A DNA stretch of 64,000 nucleotides from the human T2T-CHM13v2.0 reference genome, Homo sapiens. The notes beneath the pieces were generated by a model. The model worked only from the letters and a program-made list of their open reading frames with translations. It made no database searches and was not told where the DNA came from. The stretch lies in NCBI RefSeq assembly GCF_009914755.1, contig NC_060926.1; one strand, 5' to 3'. Position numbers and translations under genes: made by a program. Shown piece after piece: positions 41,006-57,287 of the stretch. How positions within the stretch are numbered: the stretch's first letter is position 1; each line of letters opens with the position of its first letter.

Positions 41006-42281
41006 AAGATTTTTAATGGATTCTTATTACCTTGAGTAAAATGCACTTCCAACTCCTTTTCAGCATTATTTTTTTAATTTGAAAAGCACTGTCCTTTAGT
41101 GTCATCAAGTTTTACAAATATTCAGATAGGGGCTTTAAAAATACCAGCTTTCATATATGACTTCTTGGAGTCTTTCAAGTGCGTGCCTGATGTAGGTAAA
41201 TGCTGGAAATGTTCAAAGTTGTGATTTGTGTCAGAAGAGATACTGTTCCCCTAGCCAATTTCATTCTGAGCTGCTCAAACCCTTGTCCCTGGAGCCATCA
41301 GGTGATCAAAAATAACCCAGATGCTGAACCTCCACTTAATAACTCCACAGGGTATACAACTTGTCAAAAAATCAACCAGAATGATCCTTTTTACTATTTC
41401 TTTGCTTTTTATTCTTTTGCTTTTTAAAAACATTGACAGATATGTGATGAAATAAACATTAACCCAAATGTCAAGAGACCTAGGATTACATCTTGGCTTT
41501 GTGGCTATAGTATCTGAGACTTTGGGGTTCACCTTACTTCTCTGGGCCTTAGTTTTCTTAACCAGAAATATGGACAGTGATGACATTTTCACGTAGCTAC
41601 AGGTAGAAAGTCCCTTTAAAACACATGGTAGTGTGGAGAGAAAAGATAGTACTCAATTTTCCCGACAGCAAAAGAGAGTACAAAATAAGTCATTTAAGAA
41701 GACCTCTATTCTTCAGCCAATCCAAATTCAGTTGCTGAAGGCTCATTATGCAAGAAGAAATAAATAGTTTGCAGAGACAGAGACTTCACAAGTTTACAGG
41801 CTGAAGAGTTACCACTCTCTCCTTACATTCAGGTCATGGAAGGATGGCTAACTATGATTAGTGGAAAGAATTGGAGGCTGCTTTTTTCACCAACCAATAG
41901 AACAATGCCCGTGTTCACAGAGCTTTGCTTCTCACATGAACGTCGTGATAACTGACAGGTGGTTTGCCCTGTGTGGTAGCTCCAGACACAGCCCCACCTG
42001 TCCAGTGCCTGTTTCCATTCAGATTTAGGCTGAAATGTACAGGTCCTCCCCTTGAATCTGCTCAATGCCATCACAGGTCCAATCTTTGTGTTGGTTGGTC
42101 AATACAGCGGCAGATCTCTGTCCACTCAGAATATCATGGTAACCTTTACTTCCTCTCTGATACTATCCCACTGCATTCCTCAAGGTGAATTTCACCTGCG
42201 ATCCCCTTCCACACTCATATGTATGGTAAAATCTTTAGAAAAGTACCTAGGAAGTATCATTAGCAAAAGAGGAAAATGGTG

Positions 42282-42286
<5 letters not shown>

Positions 42287-42325
<39 letters not shown>
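42287..42325. repeat. (CA)n microsatellite
   Basis: CA run. Confidence 0.95.
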
Positions 42326-42327
<2 letters not shown>

Positions 42328-45220
42328 CAAAATAGAGGAAAACAGCAATCCAGAGACCACATCCAGAAAGTACAAAGCCCAGGCACAAAAGTAAAGAAAC
42401 TCTTACTCAAAATGTCCTGTGTTGTCACATGGTAAAAAGAGCAGAGGCTTTAACTCAGAAAAGATTTAGTTTCTACCCTTACCAGCTGTATCCCCTCAGA
42501 TAAGTTAATTAACTTACAGAGCTGGTTAACTCGTCTATAAAATAAAGATGATAATACATGCTATAGGGTCATTTTGAAGATTACATGTTTTGTAAAGCAA
42601 CTGGAATAGTTCCTGACCCATAGGGAGTGCTTGTAAACATTTAACCTTTCTCCATGTTTTAGTACTCAAAGCAAACAGCAGTCTATGAAAAAAAGCAAAT
42701 AGACCCTGTTATAACGCAAAGCGATAAGTGACTATATCATAAGTAAGAACAAGGTATTATGAGAATCAAAAATTTAGTCTTGAAGAATAAAGTCTCACCA
42801 GTGAGAGAAAATACATCTAATAAAGGCCATAGCAAGAGCCAAAAGTCTTTGGCAAGGCTAAGAGCACCGAGTTGCAGGGTAGTTGAAATGAAGGTTTTGT
42901 TTGAGTTTTCTCATAATGGGGTAGGGGTTGGCTTGGGGGTGGGATTGGAAAGGAGATTGGCTTGCCAAGAGATGACATTGCAATGTGGCATCCTCTACCG
43001 GGGCTACCCTGTAAAGGATCTAAAACATACCTCAGAGGCATGGTAAAAAGAGGCTAAAAATGTGGATGTCCTAAGTTTATGAAACAAGATGGGCTAGAAG
43101 ATAAATACCTTCAAATTCTCCATTATTCTCAGTGTTCTAATCACTGAATTTTTGGTTTGTGACCTCTGTGATTAATCTTTAATACAGTCTTGGTGAGTTG
43201 TACATGAATTATGTATTTCCTTTTTATTTAAACATAACCACTTGAAAAAAATTTAGGTCTCAAATTTTACCATCGCATTATACCTCTAGGAATTTGTCAT
43301 CTTTTCTTCAATTTTTCCCCAGTTTCAAAGAAACCCCACTGAGTGTCATAATCAAAAATCTTTGTATTTTTAGGACCTTGAAAAAGTGGGATTGATAAAA
43401 TACAATACAAATACAACTGTATTTTATTTCTCTTTTTTCTTATAACAATATATTCAGCAAGGAAATTCTTCAATTGCCCTGTATAAAAATCTCAGGAAGT
43501 TCCACAAATTTTCTGATTACTCACAGATAATATATAGATTCCAGGGTCATTTTTAACTGTCAGCACAACTCCAATTCTATTAAAAAGTTATTCTCTTCCA
43601 GGTATTTATTATAATTAACTACTCAGCAGTTTTAGGCCTCTTTCCTTAGCTTAAACTGAACAAAAAAAGAAAGGAATTTCATCTTTTTCTTTTCTCCCTT
43701 ACTTGCCCCTCAACTTGCTAGGGGCTACAACAGACACTTCCGGGGCTAAAAAGTGAGAAACAAAGAGGTAAAGGAAATTCAAGTTTTTCCTGCCATAATA
43801 TAACCTCATGAACTCCAGGTGTGATAGTCATTTATAGCCTACTATTTCTCTGGTTGATTCTCAAGTGAGTTCTTTGGAGGATCTCTTCCTGAGCCCCTCA
43901 ACTTGCTACTGTCAAAATGTGAGTGAAGCAAACTTCTTCCAGCCTCTGCTTCTTCTTCAGCCTCTGCTGTTGTGAAAATATACTAGGAGTTCACTAGGCA
44001 AATTATGCAAATGAAAGAACTTCAGGAAAGAGATACATATGTGGAAAAATACTCCAAGTATGTTGAAGTCCAAGACAAGGGCAGCGAGAGATGAGGTTGA
44101 AGGCTAGCCAGAGGACAGCCCATGAAATAGTAAGCAAAAAAATAATGGCCACTCTCTGTTGAAGACTTACTGTATCTCAGATACTCTATTTAGATTTTTC
44201 ATATATAAAATCCATTCAGTTCTTATAAACACATAAAAATATGAGGAGGAACAACACATTTTAAATAAGAAAGTTACTTGTCAAACTTATACTTACACAA
44301 AACATAGTGATCTTTCTAAACTGTGAATCTGATCATATTATCTCCTTGTTTGGAATACTCTATGCTGAAGAAAAAAACTCAAAGTTCTTGTAATGGTATG
44401 GAAATTCATGATCTAGTCACTCCAGCACCTAGAACAACCTCATTTATGATGGCTGAGGCTACTTACGGTTTCTTTAAAGGATTAAAAGAATAAATCACTT
44501 CAAGTGATCAAAAAATATTCACAATAGTTTCTATTGTGGTTAATTTGCCTTGCTGCTCTTGCCTCCAGCCCCTTGAAGATATTATTTATCCCCTCTGCCT
44601 GAAATGCCTTGCACCCACTCCATTCCATTCTACCTGCCTAATTCCTGTTTGTCCTTTAAGTCTTAAATTAGACTACTCCAGGATGCTTACACTGAACTCT
44701 GAAGAACGTGATGATTGTTTCTTATGAACTTAGTGGGCTGGCCTAACAAACATCCAAGAAAAGTCTGTTAAATGAAAGTATCATAGATACAGATGTGTTT
44801 TGAAAATCTTGTCTCTGCAAATTATTTGAAATGTTATCATGTAAAAGTCTCAAATTTTTGGAGCCTTTATTTCTTTACTATCAAATTAGAATAAATAATA
44901 TCATTAGATTGAAGGCAAGCTATGAACAGTGTCTTGTATGTTTTCAGTATTCAGTTGACCCTTGAACAATGCAAGTTTAAACTGCAGAGGTCCACTTATA
45001 TGTGGATTTTTTAAAATAAAACTTACACCAAGGGTGCCTGCCTCTCCTGCCTCTCCTTCCACCTCCTCCTTCTCTTCTGGCTCTGCCACTCCTGAGACAG
45101 CAAGACCAACCCCTCCTTTTCCTTCTCCTCAGCCTACTCAGTGTGAAGATACGAGGATGAAGACCTTTATGATGATTCAGTTCCACTTAATGAACACTAA
45201 ATATATTTTCTCTTCCTTTT

Positions 45221-45295
45221 TAATTTTTTTAAGTTTTATATGCACATATAATAGATGTGCTTAGTGATCCATGTGATATTTTGATGCAGGCATAC
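45221..45295 (-). mobile_element. L1MA-type extreme 3' end plus tail (3' part of the U6-L1 chimera)
   Basis: T tract followed by ...catgtgatattttgatgcaggcatac, matching an antisense L1MA terminus. Confidence 0.7.
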
Positions 45296-45399
45296 AAAAC
45301 TATAGAATGTTTCAAGAATGTGTCTGTCATCCTTGTGCAAGAACCATGCTAATCTCTGTATCATACTCATTTTAGTGTATGTGTTGCTGAAGTGATGAC
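45296..45399 (-). pseudogene. U6 snRNA pseudogene (near full length)
   Basis: Plus strand matches the reverse complement of U6 (tgtcatccttgtgcaagaaccatgctaatc...tctgtatc...attttagtgtatgtgttgctgaagtga), with CpG decay and a 3-nt deletion. Confidence 0.93.
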
Positions 45400-45566
45400 A
45401 TAATTTTCTTAATAACATTTTTTCTCTAACTTATATAATTGTAAGAATATAGTATGTAACACATATGACATAAAAATATGTTAGTTGACTGTATATTGAT
45501 AACGCTTCCAATCAACAGTAGGCTATTTTTTTGTTAAATTCAGGGAGAGTCAAAGTTATTCTTGGA

Positions 45567-45724
45567 TTTTCTTTGTTTAAGTTTAGGGGTACAAGTGTAG
45601 GTTTCTTACATAGGTAAACTTCTGCCATGAGAGTCTGTTGTACAGATTATGTCATCACCCAGATATGAAGCCTCATACCTATTGGTTATTTTTCCTAATC
45701 GTCTCCCTCCACCCACCTTCTACC
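45567..45724 (-). mobile_element. Short L1 3' end (old L1PA type)
   Basis: ggggtacaagtgtaggtttcttacataggtaaact...gtacagattatgtcatcaccca. Confidence 0.85.
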
Positions 45725-46446
45725 GTTCTGTGCATGGGTCAGTACTCTTCACTCTCCACATTGTTCAAGGGTCAACTATATATTAATTCTCTCTCTTTTC
45801 TACTCGTTCCCCTTTATAAAGTGCTGGAGGCAAGAAATCATCGATATTAACTGTCAAACAAGTTGTCTGGACATTGTTGATCCTCATTAAATGCTGGTTT
45901 CAATTCCCATAAATGAGGGGGGATTTACGATCCCAGAGTGTTCTTTAACAGCTACTAAGTCTTTACTGAAGAGTATTAAAGGTAAATTGGCCCAAACACT
46001 TGTATCAAACTTATCTAAATAAATGTTGGGCGACAGATTTTACAGCTAAACCTCAGATGTTCTATAAAACTACTCGTATGTGTGTGTGTGTATATACACA
46101 TATTTTAATAAGAAAGAGAGAGCAGCTATTTGCTTTTTAACAAAGCTCATTTAAACAACTATAAGCTTTGGCCAATGTATTTTCATTGCATTGAGAATAT
46201 GCAAAATCTGCTTTATGCTATATTCTAGCTGGTAAAGTATGTATTGAATATAATTACAATACTAAGCCTGAACACACAATGTTTCCCTTGGTTACCTTTT
46301 AATTATCTTGCCAATTACCTTTAATTATAAATCTGCACGAGCATTCAAAGCCCTGATCATCCCCCTTGACCCTGTTTATATAGAAGATGGGATTTCCTTA
46401 ATGCCACAGCTACTTCTTGACTCTGACTTTAAGTAGCACCTAGAAG

Positions 46447-47161
<715 letters not shown>

Positions 47162-47724
47162 AAAGCCTACAATTGTGACCTGGACATTGTAGGTACACAG
47201 TAAATACTTACAAATGGTTTGTTGAGAGTACTAAATAAAAATATTTAGCAAGTTGGCTCTATTCTCTTTCCTAGGGTATGTAATATAGATCAAATAAAAC
47301 AAAGTCAAATGACTGAAGACCGTATAGAAGGTGAACCTCAAACTTCTACAAACGAAAAGAGACTGCAAATGCTCTGTAATTTGTCCAATTTTTTGACACC
47401 TAATTTAAAAAAAACACATCAATTTGACATGGAACAACTAGGTATACAGAAAGCATGATGCATAGAAGAGACTCAGAGCTTAATAAATAGAAGACTATGA
47501 GAGAAGTCCTGAACAGGACTCAGATAGGCCTGTCCTTTAGCTATACCTGAAAGTGAACATCTACAAATGCTTAAGATAGATATAAAAGTTATCAACAAAA
47601 TCACACTATACATTATAGTTTATATTTAAATGTAAAAGAATATATGTTCTATTAATAAATTAGAATTTAATCAATTGCATATAACTTAAAAACCTTCTGG
47701 TACATATAGCAGATATATATATAT

Positions 47725-49582
47725 ATTTTCTAACTTTTAGTTTAGGTTCAGGCGGTACATGTGCAGGTTTGTTACGTGGGTAGATTGTGTGTCACAGATT
47801 TTTGTGTCCGATTATGTAGTCACTCAGTTAATAAGCACAGTAACAGATAGGTAGTTTTCTGATCCTCACCATTCACCCTCAAGTAGGTCCTGGTGTCTAT
47901 TGTTCCCTTCCTGGTATCCATGTGTACTCAATGTTTAATTCCCACTTATAAGTGGAATATGTGGTATTTGGTTTTCTGTTCCTGCATTAATTTACATAGG
48001 ATAATAGCTTCCAGCTCCATCCATCTCACTGCAAGAAACATGATCTTATTCTTTTTTATGACTGCATAGTGTTCCCTGGTGTATATGTACAACATTTTCT
48101 TTATCCAGTCTATGATTGATGGGCATTTAGAGTGATTCCATGTCTTTGCCATTGAGAATTGCGCTGCAATGAACATGTGCATACATGTGTCCTTATGGCA
48201 GAATGATTTATTTTCCTTTTGGCATATACTCAATAATGGGATTGCTGGGTCAAATGGTAGTTATATTTTCTTTGAGAAATCTTCAAACTACTTTATACAG
48301 TGCTGTACTAATTTATACTTCCACCAGCAGTGTATAAGCATTCCCCTTTCTTTGCAATCTTGCCAACATCTTTTTTTTTTAAATAGTACCCAATCTGACT
48401 GGTGTTAGATGATATCTCATTGTGGTTTGAATTTGCGTTTCTCTAATGATGTATGATGTTGAGCTTTTTTTTCTATCCTTGTCTGCCTGTGTTTCTTCTT
48501 TAAGAAATGTCTGTTCACATCTTTTGCCCATTTTAAAATAGGGTTGTTTGTTTTTGTTAATTTGTTGAAGTTCCTTACACATTCTGCATATTACACCACT
48601 GTTGGATGCATAGTTTGCAAATATTTTCTCCTATTCTGTAGGTTGTCTGTTTACTCTGTTGATAGTTTATTTTGTTGTGCAAAAGCATTTTAGTTTAATT
48701 AGGTCCCACTTGTCAATTTTTGTTGTTGTTGCAATTGCTTTTGGAGTTTTTGTCATAAAATATTTGTCAAGGCCTATGTCTAGAATGGTATTTCCTAGGT
48801 TTTCTTCGATGGTTTTTATAGATTGAGGTTTTGCATTTAAGTTTTTAATTCATCTTGAATTGATTTTTAATTAAAGGAGGGGGCCCAGTTTTAATCTTCT
48901 GCATATGGTTAGCCAGTTATCCTGGCACCATTATTGAATAGGGTGTCATTTCCTCATTGCTTGTTTTTGTTGACTCTGTTGAAGATCAGATGGTTGTTAA
49001 GTGTGTGGCTTTATTTCTTGGTTCTTTAACTTATTCTATTGGTCTGTGTGTCTGTTTTTGTACCAATACTGTGCTGTTTTGGTTAAAGTAGCCTTATAAC
49101 ATAGTTTGAAGTTGGGTAATGTGATGGCTCTGGCTTTGTTCTTTTTACTTAGGAATACTTTGTCTATCTGGGCTCTTTTGGTTCCATATGAATTTTATAA
49201 TAGTTTTTTTTCTAATTCTGTGGATAATCATTGGTAGTTTGATAGGAAGCGTATTGAATCTATAAACAAATTGCTTTGGGCAGTACGGCCATTTTAACAA
49301 TATTAACTCTTTCTATCCTTGAGCATGGAATGTTTTTTCATTTGTTTATGTCATCTCTGAATTCTTTCAGCAGTGTTTTGTCATTATCATTGTGGAGATA
49401 TTTCACCTCCCTGATTAGGTGTACTCATAGATATTTTATTTTTTGTGGCTATTGTGAATGGAATTGCACTCTTGATTTGGCTCTCAGCTTGGACAGTGTC
49501 AGTGTATAGAAATTCTACTGATTTGTGTGCATTGATTTTGTATTCAGCAACTTTGCTGAAGTTGTTTATCAGATCTAGGAGC
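47725..49582 (-). mobile_element. 5'-truncated L1 (L1PA15-16/L1PB type)
   Basis: Antisense 3' UTR and ORF2; ORF 47946-48233 resembles the ORF2p C-terminus. Confidence 0.94.
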
Positions 49583-49754
49583 TCTTAATTTTATGTTTAA
49601 AAAAAACTTCAGAGCTAAAAAGAACTTAAGAGGTCATCTAGTTAAACCTCTTCTTTTTTATATAAAAATCAATGATTAGAAAAGTGAAATGATTTGTCTA
49701 AACACACTCAGAATTGAGCTAAGCTCAGAAGTGGAGCTGTACTAACTATGATAA

Positions 49755-50136
<382 letters not shown>

Positions 50137-50513
50137 CAGGTAGCTTATTTAAGATGGCATAGTGGATTATAGCTTGAGTCAATGTTAAGGGCCAAAAATC
50201 TATATTATACTTTTCTGATTTCTTGTTATCACGAAGTCATTATATATGTCATCTTTCCCCTCAGTGAGAGTTAGTGTTGCTATGTTGCATATGCATGTAT
50301 TTATCCATTGAGTACACATCATTGTCCACCTATCAAGAACCAGGGAATAGAAGTTGGACAGGAGCAGAACCTGCCCCTGTCCTTCATTGCCATGCAAGCC
50401 TGTAATGGGGTTTAAATGTACATTGTCAGTAAGGGCTGGCAAGACTCCCATCCATCCTCCTCTTTGAGACCCCCAATCTGCAAACAAACAAACCTGGTCC
50501 TTGAAACACTCAC

Positions 50514-50594
50514 TGGTAGTATCTCTCCTCCTAACCAGGCTCTAAATTTCATTGTATAGTCATTGTAACTAGAGCTTGTCAACAGGTCTTGGGA
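50514..50594 (-). other. Candidate spliced exon (81 nt)
   Basis: Strong acceptor tctttccttttcag and donor CCA|gtgagt; phase-0 frame is open (SQDLLTSSSYNDYTMKFRAWLGGEILP); no recognised homology. Confidence 0.4.
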
Positions 50595-51330
50595 CTGAAA
50601 AGGAAAGACACATTGCAATATTCTTCTCATAGCTAAGGCTCTAGCTTCACCATCCAAGTACATAGGCCATTGTTAACTGCTAGGCTTTGTCTCCCCTATA
50701 GGAGTCTCCTGGAAACATAGCAGAAGGTAGGGATGTTTAATCTCCCATGTTTATAAAAAGTGTATTCTAGACACAGGGAGAAAAAAATATGAGACTATAT
50801 TAAATCAGGGAATGAACACGTTTCACCCCACTATCCACACCCTCTCTGCCTCTTGCTCCAAGATTTTTGTCAGCCTGAGATACTCAAGTAGAAGAATAAT
50901 TTATTCAAGCTATAGCACAAGATATAACAAATTTGTTTCTTTAATAAAAATCAAAGCATCCATCAAAAGCAATGAATGAAGTTCTATATATGTAGAAGCA
51001 GACTACTTCATGTCAAATGTTAACCTTAGAAGTAGGTAAAATCTATTGATGAGGGGATAACAAGTGTGAAAAAAATTCATACTGTAAATAGTTTCCATTC
51101 CTATTTACTGCTCATATTCCATGTTTCAGGAAGTGTGCTAGATTAGGGAAACTTTCTTTACTTGACTACAGTTATACCCTATACATTGCCATCCTTTGAA
51201 ACTTATCCACCTAAGAAATCACAAATTCAGACTTTCATGCTCAGAAAACAATTGCTATACTGCAGACTTATTTTCTCAGTCAGGTCCACTGCACCCGAAC
51301 TAGGCTAAGCCACCCTGACATATCTCTTTG

Positions 51331-51410
51331 CATACCCTTAATCTATTTGTAACGCTCACCAGAATTATGTCATACCCTTAATCTATTTGTAACACTCACC
51401 AGAATTATGT
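51331..51410. repeat. 40-bp tandem duplication
   Basis: Two copies, 39/40 identical (aacgctc vs aacactc). Confidence 0.96.
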
Positions 51411-52802
51411 TCCTACTGCATTTTCTAGTAGACTATAAAGCATGATGAAGTGGAGGAATGTGTTTGTTTTGCCCTCATTGTAATTTAGCACTTAGCACAG
51501 TGCCTGGCACACACTAAGTGTTCAAATATACACATATGTATAAGTAAATAAGTAATGTATATGTATATGTATAAGTATGTATATGTATATGTATGATAAG
51601 TATATGTATGATAAGTAAATGTATACATGTATATTACATAGTCCTTCCCTCAAGATCCTTATGGCCTTATAGTAGGATACAGATAGATAAATGTAGGTTC
51701 TCCAATATGTAAGAGATACAAAGTAGAACTTCATAAATCTGTAACATGAGCATATAATTCACATAGAATGCAGAGAGAACTAATTTGACCTCAGTTAGTG
51801 AAAGGATCAGCAAAAGTGTTAAAAAGAAACTGATGCTGGAATCTAGAAGGAGTATTTGATGTGCTTTAGAGGAATAAAGAGTGGAGATAGATTCTTCCAG
51901 ACAGAAGCAGAATCATGAACTTAGATATCAAAATATGAGAGCACTGTTATATCAAGGGAAATGCAAGCGAGTTAGCAGAAGCCACTAAAATTCATTAGGC
52001 AGCAGAGAAGCACGAACGGTGTGGATAATAGAAAAGAGCTAATAATTATAACAAGAATTATTAGAGAAAGTTTTATATGCAGATAATCTTTGAGATGAGT
52101 CTTAAAGGAGAAATCTCTGGAGAAAATGGGTAAAGGCATTCTAGAGAACAAGATATCATGTATACAGAAAGGAGGGATATGGAAATTTATGATGCAATTG
52201 GTATGAACCAATCAGGAAATGGTAAATAGATTGATGGGTAATTTAGGGTAGACTCTGTTTGGGTCAGGAGGTATGAATGAAAATTGAGCCTAAACTTGCA
52301 GAAGTATACAAATTGTGAAGACCTAATATAATGTTAAATTGTCTGTGTTCTAACCTACAGGTACTAAAAATGATCAGATAATTATGAGCCTAATGGGATA
52401 TACTATATTTAGATTCTCTTATGGACTATGTTTGAGGTGAGAACTATATAAATCTGGAGAAGAGAGAAAGGGAAAAGACAATTAAGAGGAGAGTAAAGTT
52501 GAAGGAGAAGTGTACCCTATCCAACAAGATAACCCTGGGGGTAAGTTGAAGCAGAAAGAAAACTGTAGAAGGGGAGATAGGGGAATATGGAGAAGTACAC
52601 TAAAAAGCACATAAGGGAATATGGAGAAGTCAATAGGAAAAGTATGTAAAGGAACAAGGAGAAGTGCAGAGCAACACGGAGAAGAGGAGAGAAGGCTGAG
52701 TTTTGGAGGTGGATACGTTTGAGTTTTACACAGAAACAAGGTCATATTTGTTTTTGGAAATATAATTTATCCAATACCGATTCTTTTGTTGTTTACTATT
52801 TT

Positions 52803-53110
<308 letters not shown>

Positions 53111-53697
53111 TGTTGTTTACTATTTTTGAACCTAGTGTCTTACCGTCATGTGTACTGAAAAAATACTATTTTCAATAAATACTGTTTCTTTTGTTCCTTC
53201 AATTTATTTTTCTCTTTACATTTCCATAGTAACAGTTATCTCAACATCTGGGGTCCGTGACTAAGACAGTGACTTTCTTATCCACTAGTGTATTCTCAGT
53301 ACCTCAAGGAAGTATCTTTCATGTGGTAGCTGATCAATAAACATTTAGTTTATTAATGAATGAAAAGATGTGAGCAGTTGATGGAACTGGTCCTAAATCC
53401 ATATTTTGTATAGAAAACTCTGCAGAAATGTCTCATTTGAATTTATTTGTTGATGCATACTGTGTTAAGTAGAGCATTATCCCAAAGAAATGACAGTGTC
53501 AAAATGGGATAAAAACCCCAAAGCAAAAGTCCCTACCAGTTTAAGGCTAGATGATGATGATGGTAAATACACCAGAAAAGAGCTCAGAGAAAGAGAAATT
53601 GAGGCACAGTCTATCATTCTCAAGTCACTGGATGGACAGGGATCTTCCTGGTTCTGTTTGCCTGAGTGAATTGGCTGCAACCCAGAAAGAACACTCA

Positions 53698-54102
<405 letters not shown>

Positions 54103-56912
54103 TTAAGATCCAAATTCATTTTATACCTACCTGTAGAGAACTTCTGAAGATTTGTTAAATCTACTAAACAGTAGATTTAACTGCAATCACTAGACAGTCA
54201 GAAAATTAGCTTCTTCAATAGGTACCATTTTTATCTTCGCTCAAAAAAATGAAATGTTCTTCTTGTTCACTTTATAGATTCCTGACTGCAAATTCAGCAG
54301 GTTAGTGTGCCAAGTTCCAAAATACAGCGATCATAATCATTCTCTATATTTGTATAACACCTTTGTTTGGATGGAAACACATATATGAATTTTACATTTA
54401 TTATTACTTCCCCCTGTGGTAAGGCAATATTTTATTATTAATCACACTACATCACTTAGAAGTAAAGGAGAAAAAGAGTTACCAAAAATGGAAAGAAAGA
54501 GAAAAAAAAGACACTTGAAAAGGAAGCTCACCAGTGATTTTTGATAGCAAGGGCATTTGATCCCAAGAACACTCAATTTAATAAGCAATAATGTGATTAA
54601 TCAGAAGCTCTGCATTTTAATTTTCAGGACACCACCAAATTCACTGTAATGTTAAATTATTATTTAACCAGGACATGTTGCATAGGTTAAATATGTAAGA
54701 TCCTAAAGTCTTTAGGAAGATTAACTAAAATTTTGAACTTAAAATACCTCCTGTTATAGAATCATACGTCTTTTGATGGAAATTTTTCTCAAATTATTTA
54801 AATACGAGTAACATGTGGAGATTTTCAGGATTCCCAAAACAGCTAGTCATACATGTTCTCTTCATCTATAAACTGTTCTCATTAGTTATTTATATAGCCC
54901 ATTCATGTTTTTATGGAAAAATAAATTCTCTAAGATTAATAATTTATAAATGCATTCAGGATATAAGAAAGAGATGAGCAGAATCTGGTAGTTTCCTTTT
55001 AGGTTCTACTAAAATAATAATCTTTCCATTACTGCATCTATGATTTCCCCTGTGTCCTTGGATTAAGCACCTATGCCATCCATCCCATTAAATCTCCCCC
55101 ATATATCACTTCTTGACCCTTTCACTAACTCTGCTTGACTATTATAACTGCTAATTTATAACCTTGCCTTGCCCTTCTAATTTAAGATGTGATGAGTCAC
55201 TGACATTAATTTCCCTCCAAAAGATTTTATTTATCTCTTCATTGATTGATTGACTGGTTGATTCAATAAAAGTGAGTAAATGCCTTTATGTTCATCAATA
55301 AGAAGGGAAGAAGATAAATGGGATACTATCCCTCTCCTCAAAAATTTCTTACTGTAGATTGAAGTCCTGCATATAAACATTGCCAGCAGAATTAAGTTAA
55401 CTTCAATATACTGAATTTCTAGAAAGTATTCCTCCCTCAAAGGAAGGACAGTAGAATGTCTTCATCTGAGAAATGGCATTTGAGCTGAACCTTGAAGAAC
55501 TAGTATGAATTTTCCAGGGGCAAAAGAATTTAACTAGAATATTCTGCTTAGACAAAAGCATGAACTAAGGCATCAAAGCTCAAATTTCACCTTGTCTGGG
55601 GATATCTGAAGTTTCTTCTCTGGTTGTTGGGACAAAAAGTGGGGTAATGAACACTATCTCTGATGAAGTTGCAAAGGTTTTTGCAAAAAATAATTCCAAT
55701 GAATGTGTGATATAAAACATATACGCCAGCCTTCTAAGCCCCCTCACCCCAAACTACATGTTTACTTGCAATTTCCATTGTCTTCCTATGCACATTGCAT
55801 AAAAATTATATTAATTAGGAGAAAGAGTTATCTTTTTGAAATCAATGTCCAAAATTTTACCCCAGACTAATATGCTTGTTTATGTGACACAGGAATCCCT
55901 GTCAAATTTCACATTTGGTTGTACAGTCTAAGAGTCAATATTTTAAGTACCACAGCAAAGTTACACATAGGAAGTTCCATATGTGGAAATGTGATGTGGT
56001 AAACTTCTTAACTGTGTTTCTTAAAAGTTTGTTGGGAAAAAAACACATGGATAGCCAAAATAACAACTGCAGCTACCATTTGTTGAGGTCCACATTAGGC
56101 ATCATATGACTTAACAGTAAAACCTCAAATCCTCAAATCCTTTCTGAGATAGATATCATTAATTCCATATTTTTTAATTAAAAATAACTGAGGTTCTAAA
56201 GGTTGGAATTGACCTACATGACACAGCTCGCAAGAGACTAAGGCAAGATTTGGAGGATGTTCTGACTCCTTCTACTATGCACCAAGAGCTCACTGACTTT
56301 ACTAGACACGTTTTTATGTGTTTGTAAGAATTACAAGCTGAGTTAAAGGCTTGTCAATACACATTTACTTTAATATATTATTCTCAGTCAGTTGACCAAC
56401 ATTTTTGGAGGATACTAACATTCATTCCAAATTTAGTATGTGCCTGGTTCTGTGATAGATAATGTTACCTCTTGGATACCATTTTATCTTTATGCCAGCC
56501 CTGTTTAAATAATACTGTCTTATTTCATTCTTAGGAAAGAAATCAAGCTCAGTGAATTTAAATATGACTACATACACCTGAAGCTGAAATTTGAAAATAT
56601 GTAATTGAATGGATCTAGCTTCTGAAGCTAGATGACTCATGGCTAATGAGTAGGGAATCACCTGCATTGTTGGCCATTGAAACTCTTATATAAAGAAAGT
56701 ACTTGTTTTTCAAGGATTGTATTTACATTCTCTATTTGAGAAAGTACTGACCTTTGATAATGAAAGACTGCAATTGTTATATTCTATTAAGGAACTTTAG
56801 TCAACAGTCTGGCTTACAACGGACTGGTAATATTTTATGAAGGAAATGTACCTGATTGCTCTTCTTTCTGTACTGAAAGTGGCACAGGACTTATAGTCAA
56901 AAACCCAGGACT

Positions 56913-57287
<375 letters not shown>

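Larger units (their letters stand above)
44952..45778 (+). mobile_element. Tigger2-family MITE with two nested retro-insertions
   Basis: TIRs cagttgacccttgaacaa and ttgttcaagggtcaact; the Tigger2 internal sequence resumes after each insertion. Confidence 0.9.
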
